A stretch of DNA of 64,000 nt, from the NCBI RefSeq assembly GCF_006345805.1, contig NC_042998.1, positions 199,330,001 to 199,394,000 of the forward strand, in the 5' to 3' direction. The stretch is from Octopus sinensis. Lineage: Eukaryota. Position numbers and translations under genes: made by a program. The notes beneath the pieces are model-generated. The model had not been told where the DNA came from. It worked only from the letters and a program-made list of their open reading frames with translations, and did no database searches. Of the stretch, positions 51,624-64,000 are shown piece by piece (the first letter of the stretch is position 1; each line of letters begins with the position of its first letter).

Positions 51624-52534
51624 ACATACATACATACATGTATATACATATATACATGCATCCTTCTTTCCTTCTTTCCTGAGCGTCCAATAATACTTTA
51701 CTTGTTCCACGTCCTCGCATTGTTGTGTTTTCATGTTTGGATTAACTATATTATTTTAAATATATATATATATATATATTATAATATATATCACGTGATC
51801 ACGTGACCAACCAGGCTATCAGATGTTGCTACACATCGCTGGTCACAATGCGCTTCGCATTGTTTTAGCCTTCAAATGACGCCACCTCGCTGGCTAAGCG
51901 AGCAGGCCAATATATGTATATATATATATATATATCAAGGAAGACGTGAAAGTATTACGTGAAGTAATCTGCTTCCTCCTATAATGTGTGAGAATGCTGG
52001 GAAAATTGAAAATGCACAATACTTTTCATTATGTTTAGATTTACTCACAAGATCACAAATTACACACACACACACACACACACGTTCGCAAACATTAGTG
52101 CTGTTACGCGATCTTAAATATAGCGTGCTAGCACGTATACGCTAATTGCAAAGTATGTGAGTAGATGTTTCTACCACCTGCTGATGACGACACACCTCAT
52201 CCATAGGATTTGTTTTTGAGTTACCAAAAACATCTTTCTTTTATTACACTCTTACCCAGCGTACACATACACATATCAACGAAGACACACGCACACATCG
52301 CTAAGAACAGCTTATACATGCTCCCTGTATATGAGTGTGTGTGTGTGTATGTGAGTTTGCGTTGTCTGTATGAGCCAGTGTGCGCACGCGTGAGTGTGTA
52401 AGCATACAATAAAATTTAATGACATAATTATATAAAAAGGAAGCAATTAAAACCAAACCATACACCATATGAGTGCGAAACCATCACCTCAGTTGAGCTT
52501 GCGCATACCAAAATTCTGTCCGTTTGTCATCTTC

Positions 52535-52895
52535 GTATAATCTAGAGCACCTGAAAGTAGAGACCCCTTCGGTCACAAATGACCATGGGATTGTATCTAG
52601 AAAGTTACCCTCCGAGGCACAAGTCCGGGCAAGGTTGTTTATGGAAGACCAGCAGTCGCCCATGCATACCGGCCTCCCCTCTCCACGCCACCGATGTTAT
52701 CCAAGGGAAAGGCAAAGGGGCCGATGCAGCTTGGCACCAGTGACGTTGCAACGTATTTCTACAGCTGAATGAACTGGAGCAACGTGAAATAAAGTGTCTT
52801 GCTCAAGAACGCAACACGCAGCCCGGTCCGAGATTCGAACTCACAACCTCACGGTCATAAGTTCGACGCTCTTACCACTGAGCCATGTGCCTCAC
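52535..52895 (-). mobile_element. tRNA-derived SINE family F
   Basis: Reverse complement head GTGAGGCACATGGCTCAGTGGTAAGAGCGTCGAAC...GTGAGTTCGAATCTC, then TTCTTGAGCAAGACACTTTATTTC. Confidence 0.75.
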
Positions 52896-53833
52896 TGAAA
52901 GTATTTATAATAATCTTCTGTGAGCTGGCTTCTTTTTCAGTTATTGGTAATGATGATTCATTATTAATGTAACCTATCACCCGAGTGTTTTTTCAGCTCT
53001 TGTTCTCTATCTCTTAAAGTATTACACCATCTCATCGTCTAATCTTAGATCTTATAAAGAGATAGATAGCATTCCAAACGACCGTGAAGTACGTGTCGTC
53101 TCATGCGCATAAGTTCCTCCTCACCTTTGCCATACCCGTATGTCTTTGTCGTTGTGGAGTGGAATTTGCTGTAGATGTATCTGGTACTGTCTTCTTTGTA
53201 GTCTTCAGGTTCTTCCAGGTAAAAATCTCGTGGATGGTTCTTGTTTTCACATGTCTATCAGTTGGAACTTCAACATTTTCTTTCTCATCCACGACAAGGT
53301 ACAGCTTCGGCATAGTCCTGTGCTCCTTGGAGGTCATTAAAGCCTACATATCCATGAAGATCTCATTCTAATAAATTCAGTTTCTGATCCTTTTGGCGTC
53401 CACTCTTGCACAAAGACATCTGTAAAACAATGGTCAACGTCATCGAAATATGACATTAGTCTGTGAGAAAAACCAATGGCGAAACAGCTCGGTTTGTTTT
53501 CTTTTTACGCTCTGCCATTTTGGAAAACCAGGCATATGGTGCTATATGTTGGAGTGTCGGTTCAGCTAGCAATATATGCGGTTGCTTCTGTGAATATCTA
53601 AAGAAGACTGTTGTGTTTTTAAAGTTGTAGAGATATTTGATCCACCTTCTTTATTCGCTCAGGAGAGGTGGCGTTTTCCATGCTGCAAACTTTTCTTTGC
53701 TAGTGAGCAAGTCTGGTGAAAACATTATCAATGTCCATTTTTTGTCAATCCCAAAAATCACTTTCACTCATTAAATTTAGTTTGTTTTCTTCGCTGACAG
53801 AATGTGCACATATGTTGCTGTTGTTGTTGCTGT

Positions 53834-53866
<33 letters not shown>

Positions 53867-54910
53867 GGTGGAGGTGGGGGAGGAGGAGGAGGATGTTGAT
53901 GATGATGATGGTATCGTGTAAAATTTCGAAACTGACATATTTAAAGTTCAAAACATCATTATATGTATCATGCACAATCGTGAGTCATGCTGTGAAAATT
54001 TAATTTGCTATCCTTTTATATAATTTTGTTGATTCTCTGTCTATTATTTTCGTGTTCACTTCTAGTCTTGAAAGGGGGTGGTCTTCTCTAACAAGACGAC
54101 ATCTTAATTTCACTGTGAACAGAAACAGACTGATACTATTATATCTAGAAATAACCCATTTTATGTCTTCCGGATGGGGAAAATATAAGTGGGCTAATGC
54201 ATTTCAGGGACTTAGCTTTTGGAAATTATCCCCAGTCAGAATCCTGCAAAAGGATTATCTATATGATTCAGTAGTAATCCTGACGACAATTAATCAACAG
54301 AATTAAGCAACATCTATATTCCTCCCCATACCTGTCATCTCTTATGTCCCTGTCCTAAGGTTTCACTTCCACACACGCTAGCTTAATATAATTCGTCCTC
54401 AGTCGAAAGACACTTGCGGTTTATGTCCTGTTATTTGCATTTGTATTTGTGTACCATTTCTCCGTTCTTTTTCCATCCTTGTTTTCGTATACATTCGCTG
54501 CTTTCTTCCAAGGAATCTAGTGCTCTTAGCTTAGTTTCTCTTTGGATCAGGCCGGATTGGGGCAATGTCGAGTATAATCAGCCGAAATTGCAAAATTAAT
54601 CTGGAACTCGCCTGAGGAAAGAAAACTCCGAATGACCCATCCTTGTTTTTTCTTGTCCCTTTTTTGTATCAGCTGTCTGGATGTTTTGCGTTCTTGTCCC
54701 ATTTTTGTATTCCTTTATATGTATATATATATAACCGATAGAATAAGTACCTTGCTTTAAAAAGTACTCTGTGTGTCCGTGTTCCCTTTTTTACGCGGAA
54801 ACGGTTGCGCGGATTGCTTCCATACTTAGGATGCATAAACAATTTGACCTTGGATACATAATAGGGTCTTTAGCTAAGTTTTTTTTATTTAAAGTAAATA
54901 ATATGCTTAA

Positions 54911-54950
<40 letters not shown>

Positions 54951-55191
54951 AATTGAGATAGGGGTTGTAAGTGCAACTCACCATGGGATAACACTATATC
55001 CAATATACTGCCAGTAAAGCACCCAACAAAGTTAATACATAAATGTTATTGTTATGTATATGTATATATATATAGGAGTATGGGTATATGCACTCACATG
55101 TATGTGTATATTATATATTATGGGTATGTACCCACTCTTGTATGGGTGTACCTCCTCTGATATTCATACTTAATTCAATTTGTATTTCATA

Positions 55192-55318
55192 ATCTCTAAA
55201 GAGGCCTTGGGATATTTTTGTAAGTGTCTCATTTATTACCACATATCAACTTATCACACCTGGCTAATATGAGCATAATGAGATACCCATATCTGCATGG
55301 CTGAAACAGCTGTAAGAT
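55192..55318 (+). ncRNA. Degenerate type I hammerhead near a family B repeat
   Basis: Stem I ATCT/AGAT; CTAAAGA (G5 to A); stem II GGCC...GGCT around a ~90-nt loop; GAAA; palindromic ACAGCTGT; GUA. Confidence 0.55.
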
Positions 55319-55533
55319 GTAGTTTGTAATTTATATTTATATATTAATTTATATTATTCACTTATACATATTGTACTTATTGTATCATATTACTCATTGA
55401 TGTGCATTGTTTTGTTTTATACTATTATGTTTGACCTTGATGTTCATAGGTAGTGGTTTAATAAATTATGTGATTGGTGTTATCTGGTAGTTGATTATTG
55501 ATTAAGGTGTATTTTTCCATTTTCTTATTTGTG

Positions 55534-55596
<63 letters not shown>

Positions 55597-56001
55597 GGCG
55601 CAGGAGTGGCTATGTGGTAAGTAGCTTGCTAACCAACCACATGGTTCTGGGTTCAGTCCACTGCGTGGCATCTTGGGCAAGTGTCTTCTGCTATAGCCCC
55701 GGGCCGACCAGTGCCTTGTGAGTGGATTTGGTAGACGGAAACTGAAAGAAGCCTGTCGTATATATGTATGTGTAATAAGTGTGTTGTATATGTTTGGTGT
55801 GTCTGTGTTTGTCCCCCTAGCATTGCTTGACAACCGATCTGGTGTGTTTACGTCCCCGTCACTTAGCGGTTCGGCAAAAGAGGCCGATAGAATAAGTACT
55901 GGGCTTACAAAGAATAAGTCCCGGGGTCGATTTGCCTCGACTAAAGGCGGTGCTCCAGCATGGCCGCAAGTCAAATGACTGAAACAAGTAAAAGAGTAAA
56001 A
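55597..56001 (+). mobile_element. SINE family A (sense orientation)
   Basis: GGCGCAGGAGTGGCTATGTGGTAAG...GGTTCAGTCC head; ends GAAACAAGTAAAAGAGTAAAAG. Confidence 0.88.
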
Positions 56002-57384
56002 GATATATATATATATATATATATATACAATATATATATATATATATAATATATAATTCCGAAACGCGTCCATAGTTAATTGAATGCCGAGTAATTTTCG
56101 CTGTTTTTCCACTCTGCCGACGTGAATTGTTTTTGAGTATATATTGTCCGGGAGTTGTTTCTTACAGTAGAAGAAATAGCTAGGTTCTTTGGCTGCTATT
56201 TCTAAAGTTCGATATGTGGTTAAGCAAATTTTTTTGCCAAGCCCTAATTATAATTATATTTTAATCATAAAACATATTGTTTAAGTTTATCGTAAATGGT
56301 CCTTTCAACATGTCGAATACTACTTGGTGGAATTATTAATATTAATTAATTAATTAATTAATTTTACCCTTTCGGTATTGACGTAGAAACGACAAAAGTT
56401 TTCGTTTTCATTTGCGAAGCGTCTCTATTTCTATTTTAATGTTTTCGTTTCAAGTTTTAATTCGCTATTTGTAAACAACTTCGATTAATTACTGAGAGAA
56501 ATAAAAACCATGGGAGGAGCCTTTTCTGTCAAAAATAAGAAGAAATTGTATTTTCAGAGGAAAAGGTGTACGATTCAAGAAAGATTTGGCTGTTGTTTCT
56601 AGCACATCCCAAAGTACCCTCCGTTTTCTTTCATGCATCGTCGCATGTATTGATGTTATTTTCAATATTTTTCTCCCATGAAACACATTTTAAAGAATGA
56701 TAATGTCGAAGTAACGCACGTGTGGTCCATTGGTGAGATATAAGCAACAACAACAACAGCGACAAAAATACTTGTAATTTAAATGTTTACCCCCACCTCA
56801 ATCAAGCAAAGGCGTGTGCGTGAAAGAAAAAAATATGCTATTAAAATTGAATTATCGTTTACATCACCCTTTTTTTAAAAATCACTGTCGATAAATGCCA
56901 CCAATGACCTTCTCAGGCTCTCCAATGTTTTATATTCTAAAAAGAAACAATCGGGGCCAGGGAGTGAGGTTGCAAAATAATCATAATTTTTCACATTTTT
57001 ATAGAATATAAATGTATTTATGGGGAGAAAAATATTGAAAAACTTCAGAACCATTCGACAGTGAGAAAGGCACGAGAAGGGTTGTCTTAGGATGTTCTAG
57101 AAATGACAGCCTAATCTCCCTTAAATCACTTTATCCTCTGAAAATATTAACAATTAAAAATTTTTTTTTTTTACCTAAAAAGCTGCTGCCACGGCTTTGA
57201 AGTGAAAAAAAAAAATGGCCCAAATCGGTCCGAAGTGGGATGATAAGGGGTCAGGGTTCTACCAAAACATTTTCAAAACTTTATTTTCCATAAAACGATG
57301 TTCCACCCCACCACTTCGAAGGCTGTGGTTAAAAAGAATTGGGAAAAATCCCCGTCAAAACTGAATGGGTGCAACTTATTTGGT

Positions 57385-57715
57385 TTTCCTGATCCGAAAC
57401 TGTGATTTCTTCTTGTGCGGATATTTAAAATCAAAAGTATTCAGTCATCGCCTTCGATCTATTGATGAATTAAAACGTGCAATTTGTGCAGAAATAGCAA
57501 CCATTCCAGAAGAAATGATCCATAGAATTATCGATAACTTTCATGAACGTCTCCAACAGTGTGTTGACAATTATAGGAAGCATTTATCTGATTTGATTTT
57601 TAAAACTTAATGAAATAAAATGGCATTCAGAAAATAAAATTTTTCTTTTCATTATTTCTTATTTTGTACTTTTATTAAGCCTCCAAATGTGTCAGATCAT
57701 TTAGTCTACCCTGTA
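57385..57715 (+). mobile_element. 3' fragment of Tc1/mariner transposon
   Basis: CDFFLCGYLKSKVF...SIDELKRAI...RLQQCV...HLSDLIFKT*; ends ACCCTG|TA. Confidence 0.78.
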
Positions 57716-57838
57716 CTTCACCAAAATGACTAAATGAGCCATTATCGTAAACTAAATGTTAATTTGGCAAAAAGCTTTAGAGTAGCTAGCCAGTCCTTCA
57801 CTTGCAACGATTTCACATACTCACACTCATCTGTGATG

Positions 57839-58215
57839 GAAGCACTCCGTCGGTTACGACGATGAGGGTTCCGGTTGATCCGAATTAACGGAACAGCCTG
57901 TTCGTGAAATTAACGTGTAAGTGGCTGAGCACTCCACAGACACGTGCACCCTTAACGTAGTTCGGGGATATTCAGCGTCACACAGAGAGTGACAAAGCCG
58001 GCCCCTTGAAATACAGGTACAACAGAAACAGGAAGTGTAAGAGTGAGAGAAAGTTGTGGTGAAAGAGTACAGCAGGGATCACCACCATCCCCTGCCGGAG
58101 CCTCGTGGAACTTTTAGGTTTTCGCTCAATAAACACTCACAACGCCCGGTCTGGAATCGAAACCGCGATCCTATGACCGCGAGTCCGCTGCCCTAACCCT
58201 GGGCCATTGACCTCC
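57839..58215 (-). mobile_element. SINE family D
   Basis: Reverse complement of the 48738 copy; imperfect direct repeat CACTCAC(A/T)CTCATCT on both sides. Confidence 0.9.
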
Positions 58216-58501
58216 ACTCACTCTCATCTAGCCATTGATTGACGGCTCTTCACCGACTCAAAGAATGTGACTTGAAAGCCCTTCTTTTGCATAATGACAA
58301 GGTAAATGGTATCCCTATTGCTTTCTGTGTTCATATATAATATACATTTTAATGCAGTTTTCGTCAAATGGAAGATCTATGGATATTTGAAAGTTATTGA
58401 TATGCAGATGGACAAACAGACGAGATTTATAAAATAGTGTTGCGTCTCTCATATGTTGTGGACAGTCGCGTTGCTACAGATTACCAGTTTCCAGAGATCA
58501 G

Positions 58502-58711
58502 TTTACTCTTTTACTTGTTTCAGTCATTTGACTGCGGCCATGTTGGAGCACCGCCTTTAGTCGAGCAAATCGTCCTAAGTGCTTATTCTATCGTTCTCTT
58601 TTTGCCGAACCGCTAAGTTACGGGGACGTAAACACACTAACATCAGTTGTCAAGCGATGTTGGGGGGGGGGGTCAAACACAGACACATCAACATATACAC
58701 ACAGATACATA

Positions 58712-58757
<46 letters not shown>

Positions 58758-58941
58758 ATATATATATATATATACATAACACATACATACGACGGGCTTC
58801 TTTCAGTTTCTGTCCACCAAATCCACTCACAAGGCTTTGGTTAGCCCGAGGCTATAGTAGAAGACACTTGCCCAAGGTGCCACGCAGTGGGACTGAACCT
58901 GGAACCTTGTGGCTGGTTGGCAAGCTACTTACCACAGAGCC
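58502..58941 (-). mobile_element. SINE family A
   Basis: Collinear with 501-931. Confidence 0.85.
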
Positions 58942-60179
58942 AGGGAATTCAAGAGAATTTCTGTAATTCTTTTACGTAGTACCAAATGTGAGTGCAGTAC
59001 ATTTAAATAAGGGACTTAGGGGGGCGAAATCAAGGAAATTTTATAAGATGTTAAATTTGAAAAAGAGAAAAAAATAAAAACCTCAACATACTAGAATTAT
59101 ATAAACTGTGAAATGCTGTAAATAATTACACGCAAACCTTCTGGAGTCGCTGTTGCGAAGATTCTTGAGGCCATTATGAAAATAGGTTGTCGTTGAATGT
59201 TAAAACATACTCTTCTTATTAAAGAGATGTACTTGCATAGCAAGTGACCTGATCTGAGATTGTGTGCTGGAACGAAAACAATTGCAGCGTGGAAGGTGTT
59301 TATAAGCCATTTAAGAAACACACAAAAACCGTTAGATTCACTTCAACATTTAAATTTAATTTGTCAAAATATTTTCGTCGCTTTGAAACCTCGACCTGTT
59401 CACTGACAAAACATTGTGCTTCTTATATTCTCATTTAAATTTCTTTCTAGAAAACGTTGGGGTTGATAAATGACGAGCAAGAAATGTCTCCATCAACATA
59501 TTCATGCAAAAAAAAAAAAAACGTAAGTTCGAATGAAGGCATGATGACTAAATATTGTTAGATGTGTACATATTCATAACATATGCAAAAAAAAAAGAAC
59601 CCCCCAAAAAACAAACGAACCAAAAGTAAAATAAAACAAAAACAAACTGCTTTATATTCAGTCCTTTAACTGAATCTGTGATATAAAAATAAGAACAAAG
59701 ATAATTATGTATGAAATAATCAAAATTATGTCGTGTTTCGGTTCAAGAAATAAAAACAAATTTCTGTATAAAACGTTTCTTTAACGCAGTGTTTAACGTA
59801 TTCTTTCTTTAATCATTGAAGAAAAATCGAAACTTATGAAATATTGAAATATGGAAATAAATTAAAAAAGAGCAAAAGAGAAAAAAAATAGTGAAATAGA
59901 TACGGAAATTTTGTAACAAAGATCGACATAAATACATAAATAAATGAATAAATAAATAGTCAAATATCATTTTTATAAGAAAAATCGAAAGTTATAAACT
60001 AGTAAACTGTGAAAGTCCTTCCTTGTTTTGCTGTTGTCACTTTGCATCAGCACAAACAAATTGTTGCGTTTCTTGAAAATTAAACTTGCTATAGTAAAAT
60101 TGTCATGACAACGAAAGTCAATGGAAGCTAGTGTGATGGTGCAGAAAAACACAGGAAAAAAGAAAAAAGGGAGGAGTGA

Positions 60180-60781
60180 TCGCTGAGGATGAGAACTGGA
60201 GAGAGATGGAGAGAGAGAGAGAGAAAGGAAGGAAGAGAGAGAGGAAGGGGGAGAGAGAGAGGGAGAGAGAAAGAGAGAGAGAGAGCTGAATATGAAATAT
60301 ATATAGGGAGATATTCTTTTGATCCTTGTTGTATTTGGAAGGAGAGAGACCGAATGGAGAGAAAAGGGATATATATATATATAGAGAGAGAGGGGGGAGA
60401 CGAGAAAGAGAAGAAAAGAGAGGGAGGAGGAAGAGAAAGAGAGGAGAGTAAAGGAAGGAAGGTAAGCAGAGAGAGAGGGGGAAGAGAGAGAAAGAGAAGG
60501 AGAATGAAAGGGAGAGAGAGAAAGAAAGAAGCGGAGAGAGAGAGAGAGGGACGAGAAAGAGAAGAAAAGAGAGGGAGGAGGAAGAGAAAGAGAAGGAGAG
60601 TAAAGGAAGGAAGGTAAGCAGAGAGAGAGGGGGAAGAGAGAGAAAGAGAAGGAGAATGAAAGGGAGAGAGAGAAAGAAAGAAGGGGAGAGAGAGAGAGAG
60701 ATGAATATGAAATATGTATAGGAAGATATTCTTTTGATCCTCGTTGTATTTGGAAGGAGAGAGACCGAATAGAGAGGAAAG

Positions 60782-60828
<47 letters not shown>

Positions 60829-60925
60829 GAGAAAGGAAGAAAAGAGAGGGAGGAGAAAGAGGAAAGTAAAAGAAGGAACGTGGGCAGAGAGAGAAAGGGG
60901 GGAGAAGGGGAGAGAGGGAGAGCGC
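60180..60925. repeat. GA-rich complex repeat with internal segmental duplications
   Basis: ~60288-60355 repeats at ~60702-60770; ~60400-60545 repeats at ~60550-60690. Confidence 0.85.
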
Positions 60926-61361
60926 GCTAAAATGAATTTCAAAAGCATTATTTAAAATTCAAATACATTGTAATTGAAATCATAGATTGAATTATCCTTT
61001 TTCGCTGGATACAAAGGGTTGTTTAGATTTTTGTATTGTTACGCATCTAAATATGCGTGTATTACGATCACCATAAAATTGAAAAAAGATAAATGAAATT
61101 AAATTTAAAAAAAAAGAAAACGCTATCATATTTCAAAGAACTAAATGTTAGGGAGAAACGAAAGGAAATTTGAAACCAGAGCCGTAAACAAACTCAGAAA
61201 ATGCAGATTTGATCTCCAATTATTAAAAAAATGTTTATTTTATTGCATTACACGAATCCTATAATGTTGGTGTGAGTGCGATGTGATATTCGATTCCACA
61301 TAGAATCGTCATGTCCAGGAAGTTTAATAGAAAGCAGTTTGTTATTTTCTTAGGCTACGAT

Positions 61362-61746
61362 GGAGGCGCAATGGCCCAGTGGTTAGGGCAGCGGACTCGC
61401 GGTCGTAGGATCGTGGTTTCGATTCCAAGACCGGGCGTTGTGAGTGTTTATTGAGCGAAAACAACTAAAGCTCCACGAGGCTCCGGCAGGGGATGGTGGT
61501 GATCCCTGCTGTACTCTTTCACCACAGCTTTCTCTCACTCTTACTTCCTGTTTCTGTTGTACCTGTATTTCAAAGGGCCGGCCTTGTCACTCTGTGTCAC
61601 GCTGAATATCCCCGAGAACTACGTTAAGGGTACACGTGTCTGTGGAGTGCTCAGCCACTTACACGTTAATTTCACGAGCAGGCTGTTCCGTTGATTCGAA
61701 TCAACCGGAACCCTCGTCGTCGTAACCGACGGAGTGCTTCCATTCC
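61362..61746 (+). mobile_element. SINE family D with 10-bp TSD AGGCTACGAT
   Basis: TSD at 61352-61361 and 61747-61756. Confidence 0.92.
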
Positions 61747-62171
61747 AGGCTACGATGTGTATTCCATCGCATGTATATAATAGGGGCTGTATCCTCCTCC
61801 ACCCTCAGCAGCGCCGCTGATCAACTTTGACCGCGAGGACAGAAATATCTGTTCAAAATGAAACAGAGTAATATGAACGAAGAGATTTCGTTGCCATTTA
61901 ATTTTATAGTAGTTGGAGCAATCGTATAAATGTGTTACAAAATAGCGAACTGTGGAAAGTCCTTTGTTTTGTAGACGAAATATTGCACTCATGTCCATGC
62001 TTTTGTAAAATTAATCCCATCCCACAAGGGAAAATTGAAAAAAGAGGAAAACTACGACAAAAAAAAACCCCAAAAAACCTAAAAAACCACGAAAACTACA
62101 AAAAAAAAATTATATAAATAAATAAAATATCGCTTTGTCCTCCGAATAGCTAAATCATATTAAGAACATCT

Positions 62172-62397
62172 TTAAGGCGGCGAGCTGGCAGAAACGTTAG
62201 CACGCCGGGCGAAATGCGTTGCCGTATTTCGTCTGCCGTTACGTTCTGAGTTCAAATTCCGCCGAGGTCGACTTTGCTTTTCATCCTTTCGGGGTCGATA
62301 AATTAATTACCAGTTAGGCACTGGGGTCGATGTAATCGACTTGATCCGTTTGTCTGTCCCTTCTATATTTAGCCCCTTGCGGGCAATAAGGAAACAA
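62172..62397 (+). mobile_element. tRNA-derived SINE family E with 15-bp TSD
   Basis: GGCGGCGAGCTGGCAGAAACGTTAGC...GAGTTCAAATTCC head; TSD ATATTAAGAACATCT at 62157-62171 and 62398-62412. Confidence 0.9.
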
Positions 62398-62467
62398 ATA
62401 TTAAGAACATCTAAGCTATTGTAATTGTAAATCAGCTTATTGAAAGCCTGCCAAATATATAAATATA

Positions 62468-62883
62468 TATTTCTTTATTTCCCACAAGGGGCTACACACA
62501 GAGGAGACAAACAAGGACAGACACACGGATTAAGTCGATTACATCGACCCCAGTGCGAAACTGGTACTTTATTTATCGATCCCGAAAGGATGATAGGCAA
62601 AGTCGACCTCGGCGGAATTTGAACTCAGAACGTAACGACTGACGAAATACCTATTTCTTTACTACCCACAAGGGGCTAAACACAGCGAGGACAAACAAGG
62701 ACAGACAAAGAGATTAAGTTGATTACATCAACACCAGTGCGAAACTGGTACTTTATTTATCGATCCCGAAAAGATGAAAGGCAAAGTCGACCTCGGCGGA
62801 ATTTGAACTAACAACGTAACGACAGACGAAATACCGCTAAGCATTTCACCCGGCGCGCTAACGATTCTGCCAGCTCGCCGCCT
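62468..62883 (-). mobile_element. Dimeric SINE family E insertion (full-length plus 5'-truncated copy) under one 17-bp TSD
   Basis: TSD CCAAATATATAAATATA at 62451-62467 and 62884-62900. Confidence 0.85.
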
Positions 62884-63279
62884 CCAAATATATAAATATA
62901 ATCTTCTATTACGGCATACTTGTATAACACTAGGCAACAAAGATTTTGTTAGAGGACCAAATTGGTGTTCCGAGCTAATTTCGGTATGCTAATTTCAAAT
63001 CTATAATTAGATTTTTCTATCATTTTTCTATCACGTGTGTAAAATGCAAATCACTTTGCAAAATTTCATAACACGTCTAGATGTTGGTTTTAAGTGTCTT
63101 CCTAATGCCAGTAATATGAAACTTGCTTTTCAAGGTTAAAGCAATTTTTGTTTGCCAACTCTATACAAATTCTAACAATTTTGATCAATAAAATTTGGGA
63201 ACACTGAGTCAAAAGTATTGTAACGTGACAGTCAAGTTGAGCGGTTGTTGAAGACAGCAGTTCATCTTATATAGAAATA

Positions 63280-64000
63280 GGGAAAGATGACGGATATGTT
63301 CCAGATGCCACTAATTCCCCACATTTTGTAAGTCAACTGGATGTAAAATGCGATTTGGCATTAGCAAAGAAAAACTAGAGTTGCTCGGTTCCAGACTTTT
63401 CTCGTTTCCGTCATTGGCATCTCTAGTTTTCATCCTTTTACTTAGCGGAGTAAAACGTTTGTTCCTGCCACGATATCAATGACCTGAAGGAAAGGATTGG
63501 CTTTCGCTATGATCCAAAAGAATGGAGACTGTTCATGGACTCTAGTAAAGCTAGTCTAAAGTTATATTACTGCACAACGGCAATGAAAAACCTTCAATAC
63601 CTGCAGCACATGTCATAGGATTTAATGAGACATGAATCGGTGGAGCTGCTGCTAAGACTCATCAAATATAAGGACCACATATGTAATATTTATGGTGACC
63701 TTAAAGCCGTGTCATTATTTCTTGAGTTACAGCTGAGCTACACAGAGCACATGTGCTTTTTGTGTCCGTGGAACAGCAGATATGACAAGAATCACTACAA
63801 AAAATATGATTGGCTATCTAGAACTGAAGGGTTGTTGACAAACAAGAATGTGTAACACCCAGCACTTATTCACCCTCAGAAAGTACATCTTCCACCACTT
63901 CACATTAAACGTGGCCTTATGAAAAATTTCGTGAAGGTATGGACCATCAAGTTAGTGGTTTCCAATATTTAAAGGATAGATTCAAATGGATATTGACAGA
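63280..64000 (+). pseudogene. Decayed DNA-transposon transposase, probably Chapaev3 (CMC) type; runs off the window
   Basis: EWRLFMDSSKASLK..LHNGNEKPSIP, YGDLKAVSLFL.LQ..YT..CFLCPWNSR, LPPLHIKRGLMKNFVK. The superfamily label is from recall of these motifs. Confidence 0.7.

Overview
AT-rich eukaryotic, repeat-dominated DNA with no host-gene exon I can support; the repeat families suggest an octopod cephalopod (inference from recall, not a database search). Contents: a nearly complete Penelope-like retroelement (PLE: RT plus GIY-YIG, 9018-12778) with an inverted upstream copy of its 3' part (7545-9018); fragments of a second PLE RT, Tx1/L1, RTE and R4/Dong LINEs, a Helitron helicase and non-autonomous Helitrons; mariner, hAT and probable Chapaev DNA transposons; at least four tRNA-derived SINE families; many microsatellites; and a 100-N gap. 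The main result is a set of type I hammerhead ribozymes. One is intact in the PLE 3' terminal region (12467-12560). Five lie in a ~350-bp non-coding tandem array (43540-45156) that looks like a non-LTR retrozyme or PLE pseudo-LTR concatemer, and several more are degenerate. The array, the large PLE and a small PLE RT fragment all show the same head-to-head inversion; the first two are also embedded in (TA)n tracts. Many frameshifts are single-base indels and may be long-read errors.
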